Source: Verrucomicrobiia bacterium
GTDB lineage: Bacteria; Patescibacteriota; Saccharimonadia; Saccharimonadales; JAGQNK01
Direction: 5' to 3'
Assembly (NCBI GenBank): GCA_035489575.1
Contig: DATHJY010000013.1
Coordinates: 155,346-219,345, forward strand
Length of the DNA stretch: 64,000 nt
Below are positions 35,602 through 44,759 of this stretch, piece after piece; positions within the stretch are counted from its first letter, which is position 1; each line of letters begins with the position of its first letter. The notes below the pieces were generated by a model that did not search any database, was not told the DNA's origin, and saw nothing but the letters and a program-made list of their open reading frames with translations. The translations under genes and the position numbers were made by a program.

Positions 35602-37443
35602 ATGAATCACGTCCCTCGTTCTTGGCTCCAACGTTTCCAGGCTAGCCTGGCTGTTTTTGACCTATTGCTCATAGGCGTCTTTGTCTACACTAGATTTCTG
35701 TCCGATGCCGTACCTCAGGCTCTGGAAGGTGGCATCCATTCCCACGGCGCAGGTATTGTGGGAGCTCCCTGGGGTGTCACGTCGCTTGTCGCTGGCCTGG
35801 CTTTGTTCCAGCTGGTCTACCTTGCCGGATTTGTCTGGTGGCTGGACAAAAAGTATCAGCTATGGCGAATACATGCGCCGAGCGTCCTCATAACCGGAAT
35901 CATATTGTCGCTGTTGGTCAATGCCGACACGCCCGCACATATGCCTTACCATATACTGCTCATGATCTTTATGTTCTTGGCGGCCATGGTTGGCACGTTG
36001 GTTGTGGGCCTCACTTTCTCTCTGGCGTTCACACTCCTGATTATCGGATCCTTGGGCTCAGGGCACCTTGTTCATGATCCCAGCGGACATGTCATAGAAA
36101 TGATCTTGGTCAGCCTGTCTGGTGTAGCTGGCAGCGCAGGATGGTTTGTGTTTCACAAAAAATACGTGCAGGCCGTAGATACCAAGGCGCTAGCTAGCCT
36201 GACCAACCTTATCAAGCAAGAGCGCACCACGGTCAGCCTCATACTCGAGTCAATTGCCGATGGTGTCATGGTTATCAATACCGAAGGCATTGTGCAGGTT
36301 GTCAACGCCAGCTGTGCCAAGATGCTAGGCTGGACCAAAGAAGACGCCCAAAACTTGCAGTATGAGGTTTTGCTGCAGCTCGTAAAGCCCGAGGAAAAAT
36401 CAACCAACCCAACGCCTGAAGCCACACAGGAATCTCTGATAATACCCCTGAGTGCCAGCACCGGACAGCCGCAGCAACAAGTCAGCTTGGTCAAAACGCG
36501 GGACGGCCGGCAGATCTACGTAGACATCACAGCCTCGCCCATCTTCCAAGAAGAAAGGGCAGCCGCGGGCACCCTCAAAAAAGTAGTAGGTGTCATTGTG
36601 GTGCTCCGTGATGTTGACAAACAAAAGCGCGAAGAGCAACAACGCAGCGAGTTTATATCGACAGCCAGCCACGAAATGCGCACCCCCGTAGCCGCCATAG
36701 AGGGCTACTTGGCGCTAGCACTCAATGCCCAGGTCAGCCAGGTAGACGCCAAAGCTCGGAGCTTCCTGGAAAAAGCCCATGCCAGCACCGAGCACCTCGG
36801 TAAGCTATTCCAAGATCTGCTGACCAGCGCAAAAGCAGAGGACGGACGCCTGGTCAGCCATCCTCAGGCTGTAGAGATGGGAGCTTACCTAGAGCAGTTG
36901 GTCGACAGCCTACGGTTTGCAGCAGAGAAAAAAGGACTGCTTATGGACTTCACCGTAGGGGCCGGCAACGAGGCCGCCGAACTATCCACGGGTAAGGTTA
37001 TAAAACCCCTATATTTTGTGCATGTTGACCCGGACCGCCTGCGCGAGGTTATCACCAATCTGTTCGACAACGCCGTCAAATACACGCCTTCGGGCAAGAT
37101 CTCTGTCGGGCTAACCGGCAACCAACAGGTTGTCCAGTTTTTCATCCGCGACACTGGCCCAGGCATTCCTGCAAACGACGTCCCGCATCTGTTCCAAAAG
37201 TTCTACCGGGTAGACAACTCGGCCACCCGCACCGTCGGCGGTACCGGTCTAGGGTTATTCATTTGCCGCAAGATAGTCGAACTCTACAAGGGCCGCATCT
37301 GGGCAGAGAGCGAGCTAGGGCAGGGCAGCAGCTTCTATATAAACCTGCCTCGTATTGACAGCCAAAAAGCCTCCGAGCTCCAAACCCTCGAGGCACAAGC
37401 CCAGGCCAACACCAGTCCCCTCGACAACTCAACCCAGCACTGA
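35602..37443 (+). CDS. multi-TM PAS sensor histidine kinase
   Basis: About six N-terminal TM segments, a PAS-like region, H-box SHEMRTPVAAIEGY, and an HATPase domain (DNAVKYT, DTGPGIP, GGTGLGL). Confidence 0.85.
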   Translation: MNHVPRSWLQRFQASLAVFDLLLIGVFVYTRFLSDAVPQALEGGIHSHGAGIVGAPWGVTSLVAGLALFQLVYLAGFVWWLDKKYQLWRIHAPSVLITGIILSLLVNADTPAHMPYHILLMIFMFLAAMVGTLVVGLTFSLAFTLLIIGSLGSGHLVHDPSGHVIEMILVSLSGVAGSAGWFVFHKKYVQAVDTKALASLTNLIKQERTTVSLILESIADGVMVINTEGIVQVVNASCAKMLGWTKEDAQNLQYEVLLQLVKPEEKSTNPTPEATQESLIIPLSASTGQPQQQVSLVKTRDGRQIYVDITASPIFQEERAAAGTLKKVVGVIVVLRDVDKQKREEQQRSEFISTASHEMRTPVAAIEGYLALALNAQVSQVDAKARSFLEKAHASTEHLGKLFQDLLTSAKAEDGRLVSHPQAVEMGAYLEQLVDSLRFAAEKKGLLMDFTVGAGNEAAELSTGKVIKPLYFVHVDPDRLREVITNLFDNAVKYTPSGKISVGLTGNQQVVQFFIRDTGPGIPANDVPHLFQKFYRVDNSATRTVGGTGLGLFICRKIVELYKGRIWAESELGQGSSFYINLPRIDSQKASELQTLEAQAQANTSPLDNSTQH

Positions 37444-37515
37444 CCTTCAAAAACACACATGGTACAATGAAAAGGATAAGCATTACTTAGCTAAATAACA
37501 GAGGAAAAAAGCCGT

Positions 37516-38772
37516 ATGCCAAAAATTATGCTCGTCGAAGACGACAATAACCTACGCGAAATATACGAAGCGCGTCTGCTCGCCGAAGGCTACGAGATTG
37601 TTTCCGCAAAAGACGGCGAAGAAGCGCTGGCAATGGCCGTAAAAGAAAAGCCAGATCTTATCATATCTGACGTCATGATGCCCAAAATAAGCGGCTTCGA
37701 CATGCTAGATATCCTGCGTTCTACCCCAGAAACCAAGAACGCCAAGGTTATTATGATGACAGCCCTCAGCCAGGCAGAAGATAAATCTCGAGCAGACAAG
37801 CTTGGCGCAGACCGATACCTGGTAAAATCCCAGGTTACCCTAGAAGATGTCGCCAAAGTAGCCCGCGAGGTCCTGAACGGCGAAGACTCCACACCACCTG
37901 CCGCTAAACTAGTGGCCTCAGTAGACATGCCAGCCAACAATCCTCCAACGCCACCACCTGCCGCTCCAGCAGTTACACCGGTGCCCGTAACACCCGCGCC
38001 AGACCCTACGCCACCAGTAGAGCCGCCCGCCGCCGATCCTCCCATACCACCGGCGCCCTCTCCACCGGCCGAACCACCAACCCCTCCAACGCCACCCGAG
38101 CCGCCCGTAACACCGGCGGCTACTACTTCTGAGCCCCCTGTGGCAGCGCCTACGATCGATCCGGCACAAGCCCAGACCGCGGCCAGCGAAGAAAAAGCCG
38201 TAGACGACCAGATCAACCAATTTATCAACAACCTGCCTACTCAGGCACCGCCCGCAGTGACGCCCACACCTAACCCCACACCACCGGCAGAGCCCCCAGT
38301 CCCTGTCACACCACCCGAACCTACAGCCCCTACGCCACCAATAGAAAACCCATCGCCCCAGCCAGAGGAACCAACCCCAGGCCCAACAGTCCAGGCCGCA
38401 GCCGACGCCGCTAATCTGGCACACACCGTAAACGACATATTCGACAAGAAAGATACCCCGTCAGCCCCGCAAGCCGTAGACACCACCACCTCAGGCACCA
38501 GCAGTGGCGGCAGTATGTCCATTGCCGGCAAAAAAGTTATAAAGCCGCTGAACGATATCACCACTCAAGGTCCCGACCTGAACAAACTGCTCGAGAAAGA
38601 GCAACAGGCTTCTTCAGTATCTCCGCCTCCAGCCACGTCAGTAGTAGCCCCCGGCGGCGAAACTGTTACACCAGCGGCGCCCAATAAAGCCCCAGACAAC
38701 CATGCCCCTGGCAATGTTATTCAACCCGGTGGCGGACCAACTGGGGTAGACCCCAACTCAATTGCGCTCTAA
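37516..38772 (+). CDS. response regulator receiver fused to ~290-aa Pro/Thr/Ala-rich low-complexity region
   Basis: Receiver signature (MLVEDD...DLIISDVMMPKISG...K), then PPTPPPAAPAVTPVP-type repeats up to the C-terminus. Confidence 0.8.
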   Translation: MPKIMLVEDDNNLREIYEARLLAEGYEIVSAKDGEEALAMAVKEKPDLIISDVMMPKISGFDMLDILRSTPETKNAKVIMMTALSQAEDKSRADKLGADRYLVKSQVTLEDVAKVAREVLNGEDSTPPAAKLVASVDMPANNPPTPPPAAPAVTPVPVTPAPDPTPPVEPPAADPPIPPAPSPPAEPPTPPTPPEPPVTPAATTSEPPVAAPTIDPAQAQTAASEEKAVDDQINQFINNLPTQAPPAVTPTPNPTPPAEPPVPVTPPEPTAPTPPIENPSPQPEEPTPGPTVQAAADAANLAHTVNDIFDKKDTPSAPQAVDTTTSGTSSGGSMSIAGKKVIKPLNDITTQGPDLNKLLEKEQQASSVSPPPATSVVAPGGETVTPAAPNKAPDNHAPGNVIQPGGGPTGVDPNSIAL

Positions 38773-38782
38773 ACTCTAGGAT

Positions 38783-39436
38783 ATGAGACTTAACAAATAC
38801 CTAGCCCTCGCTACCGGTATGTCGCGTCGTGCTGCCGACACGGCTATTGCCAACGGACGAGTCAAGCTAGGAAGTCAACACGCAGAATTGGGTCAGCGTG
38901 TCCAAGAAGGCCAAACAGTCACCCTGGACGACCAACCGCTCGCCATACCAGAGCACACTACTACCATCATGCTCCATAAGCCCGTCGGTTTTGTGTGCTC
39001 ACGCGACGGGCAGGGCAGCCAGACCATATACAACCTCTTGCCGCCGGACTATCAGCGCCTAAAACCAGTGGGCCGTCTAGACAAAGATTCCTCTGGTCTG
39101 CTGCTGCTTACCAACGACGGTCGACTTGCCCAGGACTTGACTCACCCCAGTCACCAAAAAACCAAAATCTACGAGGTACAGCTGAACCAAGAACCCACCA
39201 AAGCCGACCTGACCAAGCTCATGACCACCGGTGTCATGCTGGACGATGGACCCAGCTCATTCGAGGCACGAGTCATAAAGGGAAGCAGCCTAAAAGTCAC
39301 CATGCACGAGGGGCGCAACCGCCAAATCCGTCGTACCTTCGCAGCCCTTGGCTACAAGGTCTTCAAGCTCCACCGAACCCACTTTGGCTCCTATGCACTG
39401 GGAGCGTTGGCTTCCGGAAAAACCACATCTGTATAA
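38783..39436 (+). CDS. pseudouridine synthase, RsuA/RluB family
   Basis: S4 domain (MRLNKYLA...) and catalytic GRLDKDSSGLLLLTNDG. Confidence 0.85.
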   Translation: MRLNKYLALATGMSRRAADTAIANGRVKLGSQHAELGQRVQEGQTVTLDDQPLAIPEHTTTIMLHKPVGFVCSRDGQGSQTIYNLLPPDYQRLKPVGRLDKDSSGLLLLTNDGRLAQDLTHPSHQKTKIYEVQLNQEPTKADLTKLMTTGVMLDDGPSSFEARVIKGSSLKVTMHEGRNRQIRRTFAALGYKVFKLHRTHFGSYALGALASGKTTSV

Positions 39437-39439
39437 CAG

Positions 39440-40987
39440 TTACTTCTCAGCTTCGTAACTCTGGACCAAGCTCTGTGCATGCTCCAACCAAGACCTCACT
39501 GTTCTCAGGGCCGTACGCATCTGCTCGCCGCCCGTATGGTAAGTCAGCAGATCTTGCACATCATCCCAGTGGACTAAGACCGAGTCTACCGCGTCCCAGA
39601 GGGGCGACTGACGCACCGCATCCTTCGGTACTTCTGCTGAATGATTAGCAATGACAGCAGCAGCGTCATCGTACTCTCGCTGCAACTTAATCTCGTAATC
39701 TATGGCCCTCAAGAAACTCATGCGACCTTCTTTGGCCACCGCCTCGTCCTCTGCTAGGGCTGCGTCCCGCAAGTGAGTCACTATCGATATCATGCCCGTA
39801 GCCCGTATTCGGTCTATGTCAGGCAATAGTCGGTCCAAGAACTGAGCACTCTCAGCAACTGTCGCGTTTCGATCATCGTCTTCTGGCATCTGCAGCCAAG
39901 GCTCAGCCAATTCTTTGTGCCTGTCGGGCAATTCCCGTAGCTCTACGATAAAGGGGTCGGCAGCCTCCTGGAGGGCAGCCTTGTGGGGCTCAAAGAGTTC
40001 CACCATTTTAGCATCACCAGCTTCCCAGGTATCTGCTAGCGCGTCATAGCGGGCCAGGGCTACAATCAGCTCCCTGCGGGTATCACGCAGCTTGCTATCA
40101 GTTGGTCCGGGTTTTACCCTATTTTCAAACACAACCGGAACTGCCGCGCCTATTTTACGGACAAGGGTAGTACGTCGCTGTAGATCAGCCGGCTCCCGCG
40201 ACAGGGTGGGGATAGCATCTATACCAATCCTCCACTGGCTCAGTAAGCGGTCTCTGTTGAACGCCTCTACAACGTTTCTCCGGTCAAAGACACCCTTAAG
40301 ACGCGACAGGCAGAAAGCAGCCATATACTCTTCGGCTATGTCTATCCGAGCCATTCCGCTTCCCCAGGCCGCCCGCATAACCCCTACGCGCTGAACAGGG
40401 TACAAATCAACCAAACTATGCAGGTCAAATGGTTCTGCCTCGGCCATATACTTTTCAAAGCGAGAGGCGACAATCTGCTGCTGCTCGCTCATATCGGTTG
40501 GCATAGTGTCATCACCCCATGACTCAAGATTTTCAAGCATATCCGTATCACCCACCAGAGCATGCCCTAAAGCAATCTGGTAGTCATAGCTCCTTGTGGT
40601 CAACCGAGCAATGCGTATAACTTCTTCCAATCTATAGTGGTGGCCAACGTAAGAAACCTGTGGCCCTGTGGCCCCTGGAACGGCTGCAGCTCGTTTGGCA
40701 GGGTTGCCAGAACGTGATTTATTCGGCTTTCTCGATTGTCCACCTTTGTTTTTGTTTATTTTTTGAGGCTGCAAGTCCTGTCTCATCCCCTCAAATCGTG
40801 GCTCCAGCTCCAAGAAGTCTACGGCGATACTGCCCAGGTACCGATCACCATCACCCAAGACGGCGCGGGTAGAGCGCACCAAGTCCAGCGACTCTTCAAC
40901 GACCTTTCCCGGCATGAGCAACTCAAGGGCGCATGTCTCTACGTCCAAGGGCTCTTCCAGAGAACTTTCCAGAGCTTGTCTAGGCAT
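39440..40987 (-). CDS. hypothetical protein (515 aa)
   Basis: ATG 40987 (MPRQALESS). The 156-codon N-terminal extension in the track overlaps der on the opposite strand and is rejected. Confidence 0.6.
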   Translation of the reverse strand: MPRQALESSLEEPLDVETCALELLMPGKVVEESLDLVRSTRAVLGDGDRYLGSIAVDFLELEPRFEGMRQDLQPQKINKNKGGQSRKPNKSRSGNPAKRAAAVPGATGPQVSYVGHHYRLEEVIRIARLTTRSYDYQIALGHALVGDTDMLENLESWGDDTMPTDMSEQQQIVASRFEKYMAEAEPFDLHSLVDLYPVQRVGVMRAAWGSGMARIDIAEEYMAAFCLSRLKGVFDRRNVVEAFNRDRLLSQWRIGIDAIPTLSREPADLQRRTTLVRKIGAAVPVVFENRVKPGPTDSKLRDTRRELIVALARYDALADTWEAGDAKMVELFEPHKAALQEAADPFIVELRELPDRHKELAEPWLQMPEDDDRNATVAESAQFLDRLLPDIDRIRATGMISIVTHLRDAALAEDEAVAKEGRMSFLRAIDYEIKLQREYDDAAAVIANHSAEVPKDAVRQSPLWDAVDSVLVHWDDVQDLLTYHTGGEQMRTALRTVRSWLEHAQSLVQSYEAEK

Positions 40988-41075
40988 AATGTCAATACTA
41001 CCTAAATACTTTTCACGGTCAAAGCATAAGTAACCCGCTTTGTTTGACGCTGTTTTCTCTGTTAGGATAGATGGA

Positions 41076-42419
41076 GTGAAGAAATTGCCTATTGTCGCCA
41101 TAGTCGGACGAGCCAACGTTGGCAAATCCAGCCTGTTTAACGCCATCCTCAACCGCCGAGAGGCTATTGTGGCGCGCGAGGCCGGTACAACGCGCGACAG
41201 TATCACGGCCAAGGCTATATACCGGGACCAACATTTCTGGCTGGTTGACACGGCCGGCATGAAAGATGCCGAAGACGAGTTCGAGTTTACCATCCAAGAG
41301 CAGATCCTCCAGGCCGCCGACAGCGCTGACATCATCTGGGTCGTCATAGAGGCCAACACTATTATTAGCGAAGAAGACCGCCGGGTCGCCAAGCTGGCGC
41401 TGAAGAGCCGCAAGCCAGTCTTTTTGGTAGTCAACAAAATAGACAAAAAACCCAAGGTTATACCCGAAGATTTTCAGCGGCTGGGCATCAAACCCATTCT
41501 ACTAACCAGCACCACCCAAAACCGGGGCATCGAGGACTTGCTAGAGACTCTGGTAGCCCAGATACCCAAAGCAACCCTGCACGAGGCCGACGACCGGGTC
41601 CATCTGGCTATCCTGGGCCGCCCCAACGTTGGTAAGTCAGCTATGTTTAACTCGCTCGCCAAAAAGCAGCAGGCCATCGTGGCGGACAGGGCAGGCACCA
41701 CCCGCGACGTCAACCGCGCAACTGTCCGATACCAAAGTAGAGAGATAGAAATCATGGACACCGCCGGTATCCGCCGGTCAGGCAAGATAGGCCAGGGCAT
41801 AGAGCGCTTCAGTGTCGTCAGAGCCCTCGCTGCTATCGAGCAAGCCGACGTAGCCCTCATGCTCATGGATGCCAACGAGCTCAATGTTGCACTCGACCAA
41901 AAAATTGCCGGGCTCATCAAAGAGGCAGGCAAGGGGCTCATACTGGTGGTCAGCAAATGGGACAGCGTGCATAAAGACGCCTATACCCGCGACGCGCTTG
42001 CCCCGCAGATAGCCCATAACTATGCCTTTGTGCCATGGGCACCACTGATCTTTACCAGCTCTATTACCGGGCAGAATGTCACCAAGCTGTTCGACCTCGT
42101 CCTAGATATCGTCCAAAAGCGCCAGACACCCATCAAGACTACCGAACTCAACCGCTGGCTCCAACAGATTACTGACGAACACCCACCAGCCGGGCTCAAA
42201 AACCGCGCCCCCAAGCTGAACTACATAGTCCAAGAAAAAGAGAATCCCACCAACTTCAAAGTATATGGGTCGCATACCAAGTATTTGCACTGGAGCTACA
42301 AACGTTTCATGGACCGCCGACTGCGCGAGGCCTACGGGTTCGAAGGCACACCGATCCGCTTCTGGTTCTTTGAAAAACACGAGACCCACAAACACGGTCG
42401 CAGCCCCACAAAAGATTAG
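41076..42419 (+). CDS. der: ribosome-associated GTPase Der/EngA
   Basis: Two G domains (GRANVGKSSLFN and GRPNVGKSAMFN) plus a KH-like C-terminus. GTG 41076 is the preferred start. Confidence 0.9.
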   Translation: MKKLPIVAIVGRANVGKSSLFNAILNRREAIVAREAGTTRDSITAKAIYRDQHFWLVDTAGMKDAEDEFEFTIQEQILQAADSADIIWVVIEANTIISEEDRRVAKLALKSRKPVFLVVNKIDKKPKVIPEDFQRLGIKPILLTSTTQNRGIEDLLETLVAQIPKATLHEADDRVHLAILGRPNVGKSAMFNSLAKKQQAIVADRAGTTRDVNRATVRYQSREIEIMDTAGIRRSGKIGQGIERFSVVRALAAIEQADVALMLMDANELNVALDQKIAGLIKEAGKGLILVVSKWDSVHKDAYTRDALAPQIAHNYAFVPWAPLIFTSSITGQNVTKLFDLVLDIVQKRQTPIKTTELNRWLQQITDEHPPAGLKNRAPKLNYIVQEKENPTNFKVYGSHTKYLHWSYKRFMDRRLREAYGFEGTPIRFWFFEKHETHKHGRSPTKD

Positions 42420-42540
42420 ATCCTTTCTTTAACGCATACGCTTGCATCCCAGGCGGCGCAGTGCCAAACTTACAGGAATGGCGTTATTTCAGAGAAACCC
42501 TTTCGCGACCCGGCAAGAGCAACCCCTCTTTACCATCGGT

Positions 42541-43125
42541 ATGAATAAAACCGTCCTGGTCGTCGGCCTTGGCAATAGTGGCAAGCAGTACGACGGTAGC
42601 CGTCATAACATTGGCTTTGCCAGCGTCGACGCCTTTGCCAACAGCCAGGAATTCGAACCTTGGACAGACAAAAAAGACCTCAAGTGTCTGCTAACCAGCA
42701 AGGTCCTGGGCGATACGCGCGTCCTTATAATCAAGCCCACAACCTTCATGAACCTCAGCGGCGAGGCCGTCCAAAAGGCCACCCACTTTTATAAAATCCC
42801 AGTCCAAGACGTCATTGTGGTGCACGACGAACTAGATGTAGCATTTGGCCAGATTCGTACCCGTGTAGGGGGCGGCTCGGCCGGCAACAACGGTATCAAG
42901 TCACTCATACAACATGTGGGCCCAGACTTCAACCGCGTACGCGTGGGTATTGGCCCCGCCCAAGACAAAATGGACAGCGCCGACTTTGTCCTAGCCAAAT
43001 TCTCCAAAGAAGAAAAAGCCCATATCCCGGCTCTGACCAAAGAAGTTATCAGCATTTTGACCGAGTATATATTTAGTAATCAGCTGCCACATGACACCCG
43101 CCAAGTGATCGATATCACCCCTTAA
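42541..43125 (+). CDS. pth: peptidyl-tRNA hydrolase
   Basis: MNKTVLVVGLGNSGKQYDGSRHNIGF and GGSAGNNGIKS. Alternative upstream ATG at 42478. Confidence 0.85.
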   Translation: MNKTVLVVGLGNSGKQYDGSRHNIGFASVDAFANSQEFEPWTDKKDLKCLLTSKVLGDTRVLIIKPTTFMNLSGEAVQKATHFYKIPVQDVIVVHDELDVAFGQIRTRVGGGSAGNNGIKSLIQHVGPDFNRVRVGIGPAQDKMDSADFVLAKFSKEEKAHIPALTKEVISILTEYIFSNQLPHDTRQVIDITP

Positions 43126-43143
43126 GCACCCAGATAAAAGCGC

Positions 43144-43172
43144 TAGACTTATAAATAAAAAGATGGTATAGT
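43144..43172 (+). promoter_or_regulatory. sigma70-type promoter TAGACT-17-TATAGT for the PspA island
   Basis: -35 at 43144-43149 and -10 at 43167-43172. The leader motif GTCATCCGACAG lies at 43187-43198. Confidence 0.5.
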
Positions 43173-43231
43173 TTTCCGGTCTGATTGTCATCCGACAGTC
43201 ATCGAACATCCCAGAGAGAAGGTCAACACCG

Positions 43232-44023
43232 ATGTTGAAGCTCTTCCGCAAGTGGTGGAAGTACCTGACGGCCAAGCTGTCCTCGTCGTTCAGCGAGAAC
43301 GCGGACCCCAAGGTCCAGCTGGAACAGGCTCTCATCGAGGCCCAGGACCAGCAGCGGCGGCTGAAGGAGCAGGCGGCCAACGTCATCGCCCATCAGAAGC
43401 AGACCGAGATGCGGCTCAACCGCACCATGGACGAGCTCGAGAAGGTCAACACCAACGCCGTCCAGGCCGTCAAGATGGCCGATCAGGCTGCCGTGGCGGG
43501 TGACGAGGCCAGGGCGTCGCAGTACACCAACACCGCGCAGACCTTCGCCACCCGGCTGATCCAGCTCGAGAAGGAGGTCGCCGACCTCAAGACCATGCAG
43601 CTGCAGGCGACCGGCGCAGCCGACCAGGCCAAGAAGGCCGTCTCGCAGAACGCCATGGCCCTCCAGCAAAAGCTGGCCGAGCGTCAGAAGCTGCTGTCGC
43701 AGCTGGACCAGGCCAAGATGCAGGAAACCATGAACAAGGCCATGTCGTCGCTGTCCGAGACGGTCGGCCAAGACGTGCCCACGCTCAACGAGGTCCGCGA
43801 CAAGATCGAGGCGCGCTACGCCAAGGCCAAGGGCGCCGCCGAGCTCAACGCCGACTCCGTCGAGGTCCACATGCTCGAGGTCGAGGCCGCGACCATGGAC
43901 GCCGAAGCCACGACCCGTCTGGACGAGATCAAGGCCCAGCTCGGCATCGCGACCGCCCCGGTCACCGACGCCATCCCGGCGATCCCGGCGACCCAGCCGC
44001 AGGAAGCCGAGTCGGGCAACTAG
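43232..44023 (+). CDS. pspA: PspA/IM30-family protein (high-GC island I10)
   Basis: N-terminus MLKLFRKWWKYLTAKLSSSFSENADPKVQLEQALIEAQ with long coiled coils, typical of PspA/IM30. GC3-rich; the antisense 215-aa ORF is a shadow ORF. Confidence 0.85.
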   Translation: MLKLFRKWWKYLTAKLSSSFSENADPKVQLEQALIEAQDQQRRLKEQAANVIAHQKQTEMRLNRTMDELEKVNTNAVQAVKMADQAAVAGDEARASQYTNTAQTFATRLIQLEKEVADLKTMQLQATGAADQAKKAVSQNAMALQQKLAERQKLLSQLDQAKMQETMNKAMSSLSETVGQDVPTLNEVRDKIEARYAKAKGAAELNADSVEVHMLEVEAATMDAEATTRLDEIKAQLGIATAPVTDAIPAIPATQPQEAESGN

Positions 44024-44054
44024 TCCTTCGGGACGCCCACTCTCTACACCCAGG

Positions 44055-44098
44055 CCCGGGTATCATGTCATGCTGCCAGCATGATTTTGGTACCCGGG
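44055..44098. terminator. compound hairpin between convergent pspA and pcm
   Basis: cccgggta/tacccggg (44055-62 with 44091-98) and inner catgctg/cagcatg. Only weak T-runs on both sides. Confidence 0.5.
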
Positions 44099-44110
44099 TC
44101 GTAAATTCTT

Positions 44111-44734
44111 TTATGGGGCCATGAGTGGCACAAACAAGAAACCTTCGTAGGTCTCAGTGTGCACCTGACCATGCTCATCTTTTATAACTTGTACCAAGGC
44201 ATGCCCAATCGGCATAACCAACACTCCTGGCGCTGCCAGCTGATCTAATAACTCTTGCGGAACCTCTTGAGCCGCCGCCGATACCAAAATCCGATCGAAC
44301 GGTGCCTCCTCGGGCAGGCCCATCACCCCTGACGCACACTCATGCATGTGCAAATGGGACATGTTGAACTTGGCGACGGCCTTGCGACTCTTGTCTACCA
44401 GTTCGGGGATTCGTTCCACCCCGTGGACTACGCCCTGAGGCCCCACAATATAAGCCAATAACGCCGAGGTCCACCCAGAACCCGAGCCCACATCCAGCAC
44501 CTTATTGCCCGTCTCGGGCCGCAGCAGTTCCAGCATAAAGCCCACAGTGTAGGGCTGCGAGATAGTCTGGTGGTGGCCAATAGGCAGTGCCTGGTCGTAG
44601 TAGGCCTGGGCCTTATGAAAAAGCGGCACAAATTGCCGCCTGTCGATATGGACAAATGCCTCGTAAATACGAGGCGTGTGCGCCACATGATCGTTTCTGA
44701 GCCTTCGTGCGAGTGATCTGTTACTCATATCCAA
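44111..44734 (-). CDS. pcm: protein-L-isoaspartate O-methyltransferase
   Basis: TISQPYTVGFMLELL and SAM motif VLDVGSGSGWTSALLA. Confidence 0.85.
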   Translation of the reverse strand: MDMSNRSLARRLRNDHVAHTPRIYEAFVHIDRRQFVPLFHKAQAYYDQALPIGHHQTISQPYTVGFMLELLRPETGNKVLDVGSGSGWTSALLAYIVGPQGVVHGVERIPELVDKSRKAVAKFNMSHLHMHECASGVMGLPEEAPFDRILVSAAAQEVPQELLDQLAAPGVLVMPIGHALVQVIKDEHGQVHTETYEGFLFVPLMAP

Positions 44735-44759
44735 AAAATATCATAAACCCCGCTTAAAA

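Noticed and set aside
37900-38420. Periodic proline-codon repeats and the many overlapping ORFs (37590-38231(-), 37918-38424(-), 38241-38564(-)), considered as a repeat array or CRISPR-like locus.
   Set aside because: This is an irregular low-complexity coding repeat inside the response-regulator ORF. There are no spacer/repeat units of fixed length.
39440-41455. Full 671-aa track ORF on the minus strand.
   Set aside because: The first 156 codons overlap der (41076-42419) on the opposite strand and read as a low-complexity Ser/Leu/Ala-rich sequence. The start was moved to ATG 40987.
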